This document shows, piece by piece, positions 51,301-62,340 of a stretch of 64,000 bases of DNA. Position 1 is the stretch's first letter, and each line of letters opens with the position of its first letter. Source of the DNA: Cyanophora paradoxa CCMP329. Taxonomy: Eukaryota; Plantae; Glaucophyta. The stretch is taken from assembly GCA_004431415.1 (NCBI GenBank), contig QPMI01000542.1, positions 310,001-374,000 of the forward strand. Direction: 5' to 3'. Under the pieces are notes generated by a model. It saw only the letters and a program-made list of their open reading frames with translations. It was not told the DNA's origin and made no database searches. The translations under genes and the position numbers were made by a program.

Positions 51301-53350
51301 GTCGCGGTTAAACTCAGCTTCGGATATAGTTCGCTTATTCAGAAACGGCGTGCAGCTTCGGAGCAACAGCTTCGACGGAAGCCAGCTGACATTCGCGCCC
51401 ATAACTGGAGCGAAACTCAACGGGCAGGAGGCCAACATGCGCGGCATTGTCGACCCGTCGTGGTGCGTCACGGCACGCTCGCTTCGGTAATGTACGCGCA
51501 AATAGAAAGCCTAATGCACACGCTTCGCGGCCGCTCGCCACCCCAGGACCTACGAGTCGTACAAGCAAGAGGTGGAGACAACGGACACTGGGATCAACGC
51601 AGGCTACGACATCCTAACCACGAGCTTCCGTGCTCGGGTCCGTGCAAATCCTGCGGATTATTCGGTTCAAAGAAGCTAATTCAAAGCGTCCTTGCAGCGC
51701 ATCCGAACGTACAACGTGATCAATTTGCTGGTGCCTCTTCTGCTCATCAGCATCTCGGTCATCTTCTCGCTCTTCCAGTGCGTTTTCAGCGCTTCAGAAG
51801 CTCGGCGCTCCAGAACAAATAATCGCGACCCTCTTTTCCCCTTCAGGCCCGTGGAGAGCGAGAACCGGACGGTGGCGTGCGAGACGGCGCTGCTCGGAAC
51901 GCTCGGCTTCTCCTTCGTCCTCGCGGACCTCTCGCCGCCCGTCTCCTACATGACCAAGATGGGCGCCTTCACCTTCCAGGTGCAGAATCGCGATGAACAA
52001 TTATAATTGAGAATGAAGAGCTGTGTATGAGTTTCCAAACGACAGCAGCGCAAAAGACAGTTTCCAAATACAAAAATATAGCTACGTTGCTACATGCTTT
52101 CGCGCCTGACTCCGGTCGCAGGCGTACGCGTTCAGCATCGTGGGGCTCGCCGTCAACGTCGCCTTTGGGCACCTCGTGTGCGCGCCGCCGTCTGCTTCGC
52201 GGAGACGCGCCGCTCGTTCCGCGGCTGACGGTGGACGGGGCAGCTGGGTCGTCAACGAGCTGCGCCGCATGGACGACGGCGGCAAGGGCGACGACCGCGA
52301 GCGGATCTTCGAGCACATCTACGAGGCCGTCCTCAAGGTGCGATCCGATGGTCTCTGCTTCTTATTGCGTCCGCTGGCGCGCTCGCGAGTTCACCGCCCC
52401 TCGCGCAGTTCAAGGGCTCGCAGCCGCAGGCCGCCCCGGCCTCCGCAGTGGACGCGAAGGCCGCCAGCGCGTCTCCCCGCGGGCAGACGCTGGCGCCCAT
52501 CGCACCCCAGCCGAACGTGCAGCTCCTGCAGACGGCGGGCCGCGTGCCGGTGGCGCCCAGCGCGGGGGCCCTGGGCTTCCCGACGCCGACCGAGGCTTCG
52601 ATCCCGAACTCAACGGCGATCAATATGCACGCGGCCGACGCCGAGCACGATGCGGCGGCGCGGATCATGACGCACAGGACGCCGGGGACGGGCTCGACGG
52701 CCCTCACCCGCTTCTTCGCCCGGAGCGGCTCGATCCGCCTCCAGCAGATCGCCGCGTCGGCCGAGGTGCCGGCCGTTCAGCTTACACTGCCTCGCGACAC
52801 TCAGTCCGCCCTGCGCTGCAGGTGGCGCCGGCGCCGGGGCTCGGCGACATCGTCTTCAAGGACGGCCTCCTCACCACCCGCGCCACTGAGGTCCGCGAGC
52901 CCGCCGCCCAATCGCTCTAGATACTGTTATTTCGCTCAACGTTGGGCGCCGCGATGATGTGCAGGAGGAGGCCCGGAATCAGCCCCCGCCGGCCCCCGAC
53001 CCCAAGCGCCTCGCGGGGTTCTTCGTGCCCCCTGTGCGCCCCCTCCGCACCGACTTGCACCAATCGCTAACTCGGCGGACTGTCTCCTCGCGCAGGTTCT
53101 GCCGCGCCGGTACCACGTCTTCGACATCTACGGCATTCGCTTCGGCGAGCTCCGCGTCCAGAACCGCGAGGTGGCCATACATGCAGAGCCTAAATATTCT
53201 AGGGCCGCCCCTGCAAAGCTTCTCACGCTCGCGCCTGCTCCGCGGCAGGTGTACATCGAGCGGCTGCGGGAAGTGAACGCGTGGGTGCGGGCCGCGTTCA
53301 TCGTGGCCTTCGTCGCCAGCACCGCGTGCATCTTCACCGTCGCCCCGTAG
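45313..53350 (+). CDS. Full-length Cys-less (Pro-loop) pentameric ligand-gated ion channel subunit with a very long N-terminal ectodomain; roughly 45-50 short exons (hand estimate)
   Basis: Manual GT-AG splicing gives these pLGIC hallmarks in order: GYDPSQPP..PVRVEVTVQINSVIDVS-TKDQSMKVDLTLLQEWFDSRF, IWSPRLTFVN, NGTVRLYQR, Pro-loop VDINVKDFPFDIQTL, M1 RIRTYNVINLLVPLLLISISVIFSLF, M2 ESENRTVACETALLGTLGFSFVLADLSPPVSYMT, M3 MGAFTFQAYAFSIVGLAVNVAF, a long loop, and M4 REVNAWVRAAFIVAFVASTACIFTVAP-TAG (53348-53350). Exon 1 has a signal-like segment LGACALLALQLGLLTVALLPAASA. The start ATG is inferred from copies 2-4, where it is in frame; single-base G/C-run indels in this copy are probably consensus errors. 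Confidence 0.9.
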
Positions 53351-53627
53351 CCAGCGGGCGATTGAAACCCTTTTTACTTTAGGATGTATCGATTCGTGAC
53401 TTTTAGCTTTAAGAAGCAAGCTTCGGTACTGCTGCTTTATTCAACCCCCACGCTCTTTCCTGCATAGGCCCCCGCAGACCTTCCTGAACGGAGCGTACTT
53501 TATTGCTCTTTTCCGATAGCATTGATTCGCATGGATTGCTTGCCAAACGGGGCGTAATGTACAATTGAAATCAGTCAGGACACACGCGCTGCCGCGCGCA
53601 AACGAGCCCTAATGTAGACAGGCTTTT

Positions 53628-56600
53628 CTAATACGAGTAGGCTTTTTCTTTGCCCTTGGCGCTCGCGATCGTGTTCGGGGCTGTGGTTGGGGCCGCCGTA
53701 GTTCCGGAGCCAGCTGCAGGGCTGCCGCTGGACCCGGCAGTAGGGGTCGCGGGAGTCTGTGAGCAGCCACTCCATCTGCTGCCAGAAGCGTAAGGATTCA
53801 ATTTAAAATCAAACGAAACAATGCCATCTTCACCGGTGCAGGTCCGCGAGAGTGATGCACGCGCTCGAGCTCGTCGCCGCCGTCGCGCTCATCGCGGCGC
53901 GCTTCGCCTTCGCGACCGCCCAGATGTCTTCCTCGACGGTCCCCGCCATGAGAAAATGCTGCGAAGCCCGACCATAAATTCAAAATCAGATATAGACTTC
54001 CATCTGCAGAGCATTTAATTTGCGTCTAGATCTAGACTTCCATCCGCAAAGCATATAATTTCTATCCAGACTTCCGTCTGCAGAGCATTTCAAATGGATC
54101 TCACGTGAATTGTCATTGGCTTCGTCTGTCCCATGCGGATGATGCGGCCGGTGGCTTGGTCGGCTGCGAAATGCACCGGCACCCTTCACGATCAGCATCG
54201 ATTCATGCATGTTTCTAGAAGCACATCACACCTTCCGCAAAGTTCAGACTTGGCTCGGCGAAAATGATGTGATTGGCCTGCTCGCAAAGCTGGACTGATA
54301 ACGAACAATTCGCAATGGATAGAGAAACCCAAGACGAACGATAGTCAGCGTGAGCCCGCACGAGCCGACTCGGTAGAGCATGAGGCAGGCGGGGAGCTCG
54401 TTGAAGTCATCCGCCGTCTCCGCCTGGAACTCGGCGATGCGGTTGGCGCGCTGCTGGCGGGAGCCCCGGAACGCTTCCACGCATCTGTGTGCATTCAGAC
54501 CCGCCAAGATACGACAAGGGCATACGCTGACCGAATAGGAGGGTTATGCGATTTGCAGGCGTCAGACAAGAGCTCCAACACTTCCGGATCCTGAGCAAGC
54601 ATTATTATTGCTATCGGATCCGGAGTCGGCCTTTCGCTTAATAAATTTTAAACGTGAGCCCATAGGTTTGCGCACCCGTGCAAAAACGACACACTTCTCA
54701 TTGTTACACTTGATTTCCTGGATCTTGTTGCATATGGCAAGCACCTAGGAGGCGAATTGGCTCATATATACTAACAAATATAATATTCTGATGGGATCAT
54801 GATCGATATCACCTTCGAGCCGTATCGGGCGCGCTGGGGATCCAAGATGGCAGAGTCGCCTCGGATGGAAGGTCGAGACGCCAGCATGCTTTCCTCGAGC
54901 GCGTCGCGGTCGGCGTCGCCGTCGAGACGTTGGATGAAATAGCGTTCCACTTCGTTTCCTTCGGATTCCTGTTTGGAAGCAGTGCAGAATATTAATGAAG
55001 CTCGAGCTTGGAAGAGCAATATTAATATTGCAAGGAGGCGGTTTCGCACCACCTGGCAGAAAACGCGATCGTCTTCCGATGAAGAGGATTCGGAAGATCC
55101 AGCGGGCGTGAGCTCGAGCTTCCACTCAATGGGACATCGGACGCCGCGCCCAGTTTCGCTGGCGAATTTGATGTGACATTCCTGGCACAGCACATGGGAG
55201 CACTTGAGCACGAAGCATTCCCGGCCAGCTTGATCCATTCCGCAATACGAGCACTTTCGCTGCGCCGGAACGAGTCAGAGTATCGGCGAGGACCTAGAGA
55301 TGCAAGGCCTGCCTCGAAGTTTCCCTCCTGATCCTGATTAACTTGCGCCTCGAGATCTTGGACTCGAGTCTTGAAGCACCCGTGGACGTGCTCCCGTTCC
55401 TCAAGCAGCTCGTCATTGTATTGGACCTTCCTGCCGCGCGCGTGCAAAAGAGCTCGGGGTTTGATTGCGCCTGGCCATGGGATCACGTGCGTATGTACAG
55501 CGGAAAAGTTTTGTTTACCAGCGACGCTGAGCGAGCTCACGGCTGACGTTAAAAATCTTCATCACGACCCTGGTGCATGCCAACGTTAACTCAACGATAT
55601 CGATGAGGTGAAATTGCGATAACAAATAAAACGATGTCAAATGGCGGTCAGCTATCGGTTCGAATTCATTCACGCACCGAGCGCGCGCTCGCATCCCTTC
55701 GTTGGGCGATTTCGAGCAGATGTGCGCGTATAGGCCGAGCCATCTCTGCACTCTCTGAATTCGAATGCGTCTGGCGAACAAAGGATCCGGAGGGCCCGCG
55801 GGCTTGCCGCAATATTGATGTGAGACGATGGACCTCCGGTGGCCTTGTCGAGATTAGTCAGTTGCGAGTCTGCAGAGCCGAAGAACCGGGTCGCAAGCCT
55901 GCGCAGGCGAAATTAAAACATTAATTACAAAGACCCGCATCAAGTGCTGAAAAAAAGATCAAAACGGCGGACTTGGACAGCATTCGCTTCACAAAGTCGG
56001 GATAGTGCTGTTGCACAGGTCTCCCGAGGGCCGCCTGCACGTCCGGATCCAGACAGGCAAAATACCAAGTCGACAACCCGACCAGCTCGCGGATCCGCCC
56101 AAAGTCATTGTCAGTGGCCAGGTATTCCTGCGCCGGCCATCGTCATGAAATCGGCTTCAGAACGCAGCATGTTTTGGGCTGGAACCTGCGCAGATGGGGA
56201 ATTGTCGATGGTGATCGCTTTGACGTTTTTCATCAACCGTTCCCATTCATCAAACTGTATTGTCAGAAGCGCAATTATAAGCCGAATATTGATCGCCGAA
56301 AGATAATCCAGCTGTACCTCTCTGTCCCTGCGCATCCAGGTGGCGGTGACCATGGTGACAGCCTCGTGGAGAGCATAGTGAAGTTGGGAAATGATCTGCT
56401 TGTCGATTAATATTATGGGAAAATGAAGCTAAATGCATATTGTCATTTCACCGTAATGTACTCGTCTTTTGGAACCCCGATTTGGGAAAAGTCTAGCTGG
56501 ACGATGCAGCGTTTGGACTTAGATTTGCCGATGCCAACGGTACATGCGGAGTCGACGTCCAAGCTTTTAAGGTAGTCCCAGCCCCGCCCTGGCCTGCGGG

Positions 56601-59600
56601 AAAACGAAGTCTGCAAGAGGATATTTGAGATATCTGCCCATATATAATCACCAGGAAGATATTGCTGAAAATAACTTTTCAATAGCAAACGCGGCCTTGC
56701 TCAGCCATTCCGACACATCGTTCCACCTTGAAGAAAGGTTTCCGTGTCCCAGCAATGCAGCGACCGCTGTTTCGCGCACCTACAGCTTATTTAATAGTAG
56801 ATCTCAAAGGATCTTTGAAGGAATAAATAAAACACTCACAATCGCAGTGTCGGCGAGAACCTGTAAGGCCAGCTCCTTGAGCGCAGAGGGTCCTACACCC
56901 CCCTTACATCGACGTCGAATCGTCTGAAGTCGTTCCAGTGCCGTTGCCAGGACGCCCCCTGGCATTGGCGCGATTTTACCCGTGTTGTCGACGAGGATAC
57001 GGTTGCTGCATACGTCCCGGGCTTGCGAGCTGGTCAGTTCCGCGACTTCTTGAAAAAGAGCGCCAGGCTCATGATCAGGGATGTTGACTGCCGCGCCAGC
57101 AGGCGCGGTATTGATTCCCATGAGCAGTAGAAAGCCGTACATAGAAACCAGCTGCCATGAAAGTCACCACAATAAGAGCAGTTTAGGCTTCGATATATAT
57201 GTACCTTTGCTCTGTGTAGCGGGGATTGGTTCGGTTGAACCAGCTGCAGCTCCTCGCTGATGAGATTCAAGCAGTTGCGCAGCTGCGTGATGACGGCGTG
57301 CTCGGACTCGCGAAGCTGTTGAAGCCGCATATCAGCGATGGCTTGCTCGGTCCGCTCTTCCAATAGCTTCACGTGCTTCGCGCATTCTGTCTCCCTAGCG
57401 CGTTCCAAAAGCAGCGTCGCGAACTCGTGCGACGTGATGGCTTTTGAGCCGGCGCTAGCTGATGATTTCCGGTCTTGCTGCTGGGCCGCCGTCGTGTTGC
57501 ACGATGCCAAGAGCTTCTCGAACGCGCGCTGAGCCGATGGGCATGCCTTGAGAAGGTCCTCGACGAAGCCTTGATCGATATCAGTTTTCTGTGCATGGAT
57601 CCGGAATGTTGCTCACATCTGAACGATATCGTACCGCCGGCGCACGGGCAGGGGAGCACCCGCTTTTGAAAGAGTTTCACTTGCTCATCAGATAGCTGTG
57701 AATCCGCGATCTGCCGGGCAAATGTAAATTTCGACGCTCAGCTGCAGATACAAAGCCAACACTGAGGACAGGTGCGAGGGAAGCAATCAGCACCTGCTCA
57801 TCCAGGCGGAGTTTTTCCGATGCAATTTGGTCTGCAATCTGCGCCCACAAGTTTGAGCGCGATTCGCATTTGCTCACATTTTTAAAATCAATTGCGCGCC
57901 AAATTTTGCAGTCGCTTTTTGTGAAACTCGCATCTGTCCCTCTCCATCGCAGATATATTCACCTGCAAAATTCGCTAATAAGCCATGGGCCATATCATAA
58001 TCAATCCGAAATTGTGCACGTCGTCGGTCGACATCGCGCAATATTAATCTACACGTGGCTAATAATGGGTTCGGGCACATGCACAGCGCACACCGTGTAT
58101 TCGAGATACTTTTTTGGAGGAAGATCGAGCTCGTTCCGGACGTGCCCCAAAGATTCGCGGTGTGCAAAAGACGAAAAGAACCTGTGTGTTGTAATTATAT
58201 AAAGCACGAATTAAAATCAAGGTAATCGCAAGGTGATTGCAATTGAATCGAATGTCGAAGTACCAAGCCAGGTCGTCCATAGCTGATCTCATGATCGTGA
58301 AGCGTGAAGCATCGATATCGTCATTGGTACACCGGCTCAGATAGATATCTGAGAACCTTAGGAAAAGATGATTAGATCCACGGGGGGGAAACATGGAAAC
58401 GAAGATGAGGGGGTAGGGGACACTTATATCAAGCAGGAATATGCGTACCAAGAACCGACGCCGTAGGGATTGTGCTTGAGGAAAGCCAGTATCCCCCCAA
58501 GGTCTTTCAGGCCGTTTTTGATTGGCGTTCCTGTGACCGCCCAGCTGCGCGAAAAGAAGTGAATACGCGAAGGCACTCACGGTCGCGGACCCGAGCTCAT
58601 TCACGCGCACCGGTTCTCTGCCTCAATCGAGTCGCATTGCTTGACGAGTTTGCTTTGCCTGTTGCCTGCTTGTTGAGCCTCGTCAAGAATAATGCGCCAC
58701 CACCTGCGAGCTCAAACATGTAATTTGCATTACCCATGCACTACTCCTAGGCTCATTCACTGCTCGTACACCGCATGTAAAACCCGGATACCTGCACTGG
58801 GCCAGCGCTTTGAAGATCACTTCCAAAGCTTTCCTGTTCTCTCTCGCATCGAATGGGACAAGTACAATCTCCGCCCGGCACAGACGCTGATTTTCGATGT
58901 TATCGTGGCTATATATTGAGCGCAACAAGTGCGCACTTGTAACGATTTCACGTCGGCCTCGCGCTCCAAGAGAATCGTGCGATCAGCCAGCCAGGGAGAC
59001 AGCTTTTGGATCTACGTTTACGCACGCAACACACGTACAGCTGTCGAGCAAGCAGAAACATACTAATATTTAGATTTGGATGACGCGCGCACCTCCCGAT
59101 GCCATTGCTCAAAAATCAGCGGAGGAACGATAATGAGCGTGTTGGCCAGCGCCTTAGTGGTCGCAACGGTGCGTGCTGCGGTCCGAGTTCGGGGGCGCGG
59201 GTTCGAAAGAATCAGAGCAATGCAGTCCAGCTGCGTTTACGAAGAAAGCTCAAACGTCAGGCACAAAAGCCCAGAAATCCCTAAGAGAGAACCAATTCAC
59301 CGTCTTCCCCAGACCCTGCGCATTGCAGCGGCCATTGGTCAGTGCTAGTTTACTTTGCAGCGACTAAGGCCTGTGGCGGGCGCGATAGAAATTATCCTGA
59401 TCGCGGACCATTTCATCGCACAGGAGTCCACCGCGAACGGCGAAACGGGGAGGCTTGACCGGGGTCGTTGTCGCTTCGCCCGTGCATAGGTTGACGTAGA
59501 AGGGCTTTCCTCTGAACGCTGGCTCGTCTTCCGGGACCTGCCCCTGGCCAGCGATTGCTGCTTTTCCTGGAATCTGCGCTGCTCTAAGGAGCCGCTCTCG

Positions 59601-61630
59601 GAGGTGCCAAATTTCAGAGTATACTTGCGCGCCTTTTTGAAGACGGGATGCGGGTCCGGTGGTGATGGCGAGGTCTCCTCTGGCCTTGTCTCTTGTCGAA
59701 GCATGAAACTCAGAGCCTTGCGCTGAAACGGCTTCATGATGATTCCGTCGGCAAGACGCTTTGGTTGCTTGGCTATTTCCGCAGGCCGATCGCGTGTGCG
59801 CGCCTCTCCCATAAGTCTGGCGGCAGGTTAAATGTTAATGTTTACTGCCGTTGCCAAACAGTTCGAATTCGCGCGCGTATATTATGTTTCGCTTCATCGT
59901 ACCGAAGTTTTTCGTAGAACGAGTGCAAGGCAATATTCCCTGTCACAGAAGGCGCGCTGATGTTGTCGCCGAAGTTCGGTATCGTGCCCGGAAATTCTTC
60001 GTAGTGCTTGTTGTTGATCGGAAGCGGAAGCACCGGAAAGTCGCGATCGGTGAAGGGCGAAGCGGCGGCCTTGAACGCGGACTTTCCCGTCGAATTCTTA
60101 TACTTTCGAATGTCTAGGAGCCCCGCCAAGTTAAACACGAGGATGTGGTCATGATGCACAGTGCTGGCACATGGCGCGATCGTGAATTTTAGAACAGGGA
60201 ATGATCGATGCGTGCCGAATCAGATCTAGAGGCTCACACTTGCTCAATGTCGAAGGAATCCGGTTCACTGAAAAAATCGGGGAGGAGACCGAAACTCCCT
60301 CGAACAACCGCTTCTTCATGCTCCCAGTGCAGCGAGTACTCCACAGTGATCTGCGGCCGTTCAAAATGATTCGAAAGACTGGCGAAATCGCTAATTGATA
60401 TGAACCAGAGACCTTTTGTTGCTCCGAGAGGCGAATTAAAGCGCCGATGTAATCCTCGGATTTTCGAGTCGGATTCGAAAAGCACCTTGCCAAGACCTCG
60501 CCTGTCTCCTCCACGACAAAATTCATGCTGTCTGTCTTTAGCGAGAGGCCGCAGCCCTTTTCTGCGAGAGTGCGCAGTCGTTGCATGCTGACAGCGTCTT
60601 CGGCAATGAAAGCAATCTGCGGCGATCGGAATCGAAGTTTTTGTCAATTGCTGGATTAAGAAATCGAGTTTCCTTGGTGCGCACTCTCACGTGGTCCGAG
60701 ATAAGATTGAAATCCTTCGAGAATGCATGTGCCAGCCCCGGAGTAGCAGCTAAAGGTTTCTTCGCCTGGTCGCTTGCTGCCGCGCATGCTGCGCGGCGTT
60801 CGGTTTTGTGCACATCTAGACCTTGAATCTAGGCAAACGCACGTGCGGCGGCTTGTGGATAATCGAGATCCATATCCGAAGCTTCTTCAAGGTCACGATC
60901 CTCAAGATCATCAGAGTTCCGATCATCCGAGTCGTTTGAGCTTTCCGAGTCGCTCTCGTGATCAGCGGTATCGATCGAGCTTGCGCCGCCGGGAAAGAGT
61001 GAATTCGAATTCGAAGATAAATTTGCTGTCGTGCTTGAGCTTGCGCTAGCGCCACCCGAGTCTACAACGGCACGCTTCGGCTTCGAATTCTGCTAAGGCG
61101 CATCACGTAATTAAAATTCAAGCATTAAGTGTTCGCAATGCATATGGCTTTGCAATGTAATAATGTGCAACGATCTATATAAATATATAAGCTCCTTAAG
61201 TTCTTGATCACCGCGTCTGCTTCGGATCCTGCCTCTTTGCGCTTTCGCTTCTCCGATGGAGTCCGCATTGCTGCCTGGAAGCGATTCCAGTTAAAAATAG
61301 ATACAGCAACGCCGCTGCCAGCGTAATAAAACGCACAGGTTCCATGCGCCGGCGAGGAGCGATGTACAACACGTCCTCTGCGCGGCCGTTCGGGTGCGTG
61401 TCCCCGAGGGCCTCTTCGACTGTCGTGCAGTCCGGTGCCGGGATCTCGTGTCCGCAAGACGGATTCGAGGGGTCCTCGGGAATGACGAACTCGAAAGGGG
61501 CTCCAACTTGCGTAAATTGCTTTTCCAGCTCGCCAAGAGTCATGTCGTAGCTTTTGATCCGTACTGTACACTTGTCCGATCGCGACCCGTCAATCCAGAG
61601 AGCAAGAATTTTCTTCTTCTGAGACGCCAT
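53628..61630 (-). CDS. SNF2-family ATPase with embedded RING finger (SHPRH/Rad5/Irc20-like E3 ligase-translocase), multi-exon
   Basis: Spliced motifs in order: KPFQRKALSFMLRQE (about 59700), RGGLLCDEM|GLGKT (about 59430-59305), TLIIVPPLIFEQWHRE, WWRIILDEAQ (about 58700), WAVTGTPIKNGLKDLGGILAFL, RING CSYC..CSHVLCQEC..RCP (55255-55130), VGSCGLTLT-ANHIIFAEPSLN-DQATGRIIRMGQTKP, and FLMAGTVEEDI. The start (MASQKKK at 61630) and the stop are tentative, and the 5'-most exons could belong to a separate gene. Confidence 0.88.
53993..54091. repeat. Intronic minisatellite, 3 units of AGACTTCCATCTGCAGAGCAT
   Basis: Direct reading, within an intron of the SNF2-RING gene. Confidence 0.75.
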
Positions 61631-62340
61631 CCCCCAACAAGCCGCGCCAATTTGATGATCTGATGCACGAAGTTTGTGAATGCGCTGTCCAAGACAGCGA
61701 GAGCATGCAGAAAAGTGACGATATTTGCTCGTCCGCTCGATGCCGGGGGAGAAGCGACAACGTACCTTCTCCTGCGCGGCGCCCGCGCCGATCCGAGATC
61801 TGAGTGCGCACGAATGGGTCATGATCACTTAGCGCGAATCGACGAGAGTCGCGCGATCAGTGACTTGACGTCGACGAGATCGGGCACCTTCGAAATTCAA
61901 TTTCCGGCGTGAAGCCGGCGCCTTTGATCTGCACCGGCCGCCCGCAATAATCTGGCGATTCGACAGATATTCGGCGCGCTCGCCTTCGACGGAAGCTTAA
62001 GCTCCGCGCGTCCGCGTCGTAGAGAGAGATCTGTAGAGAGAGCTCGAGGCAAGAACCGCTCGATTATATATTATTATTATTATTATTAAAAAGGATTTCT
62101 CTAGTTGTGCATATATCTATGCATATATATGATCTCTCGATCGCGAGCTCGAGCTCCTCTAGCTCGATCTCGAGCCGGGGATCGGCTGTGTGTCTCCTAG
62201 GCCTAGCTCTCGAGCCGGAAATCCGGGGTTCGGACCTCAAGCTCGCTAGCGCTTTAAAATTCGGGATCCCCTCGATCTATCGTCGCGATCTCAATCCGCG
62301 GCCGGATCCTACCCGGCAGCAGCAGCGAGCGCGGCGCGAA
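61631..62340. promoter_or_regulatory. Probable bidirectional promoter between the SNF2-RING gene and the winged-helix gene
   Basis: Divergent starts about 710 bp apart, an AT-rich (ATT)n/TATA patch at about 62064-62130, and chains of 6-bp palindromes. Confidence 0.5.
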
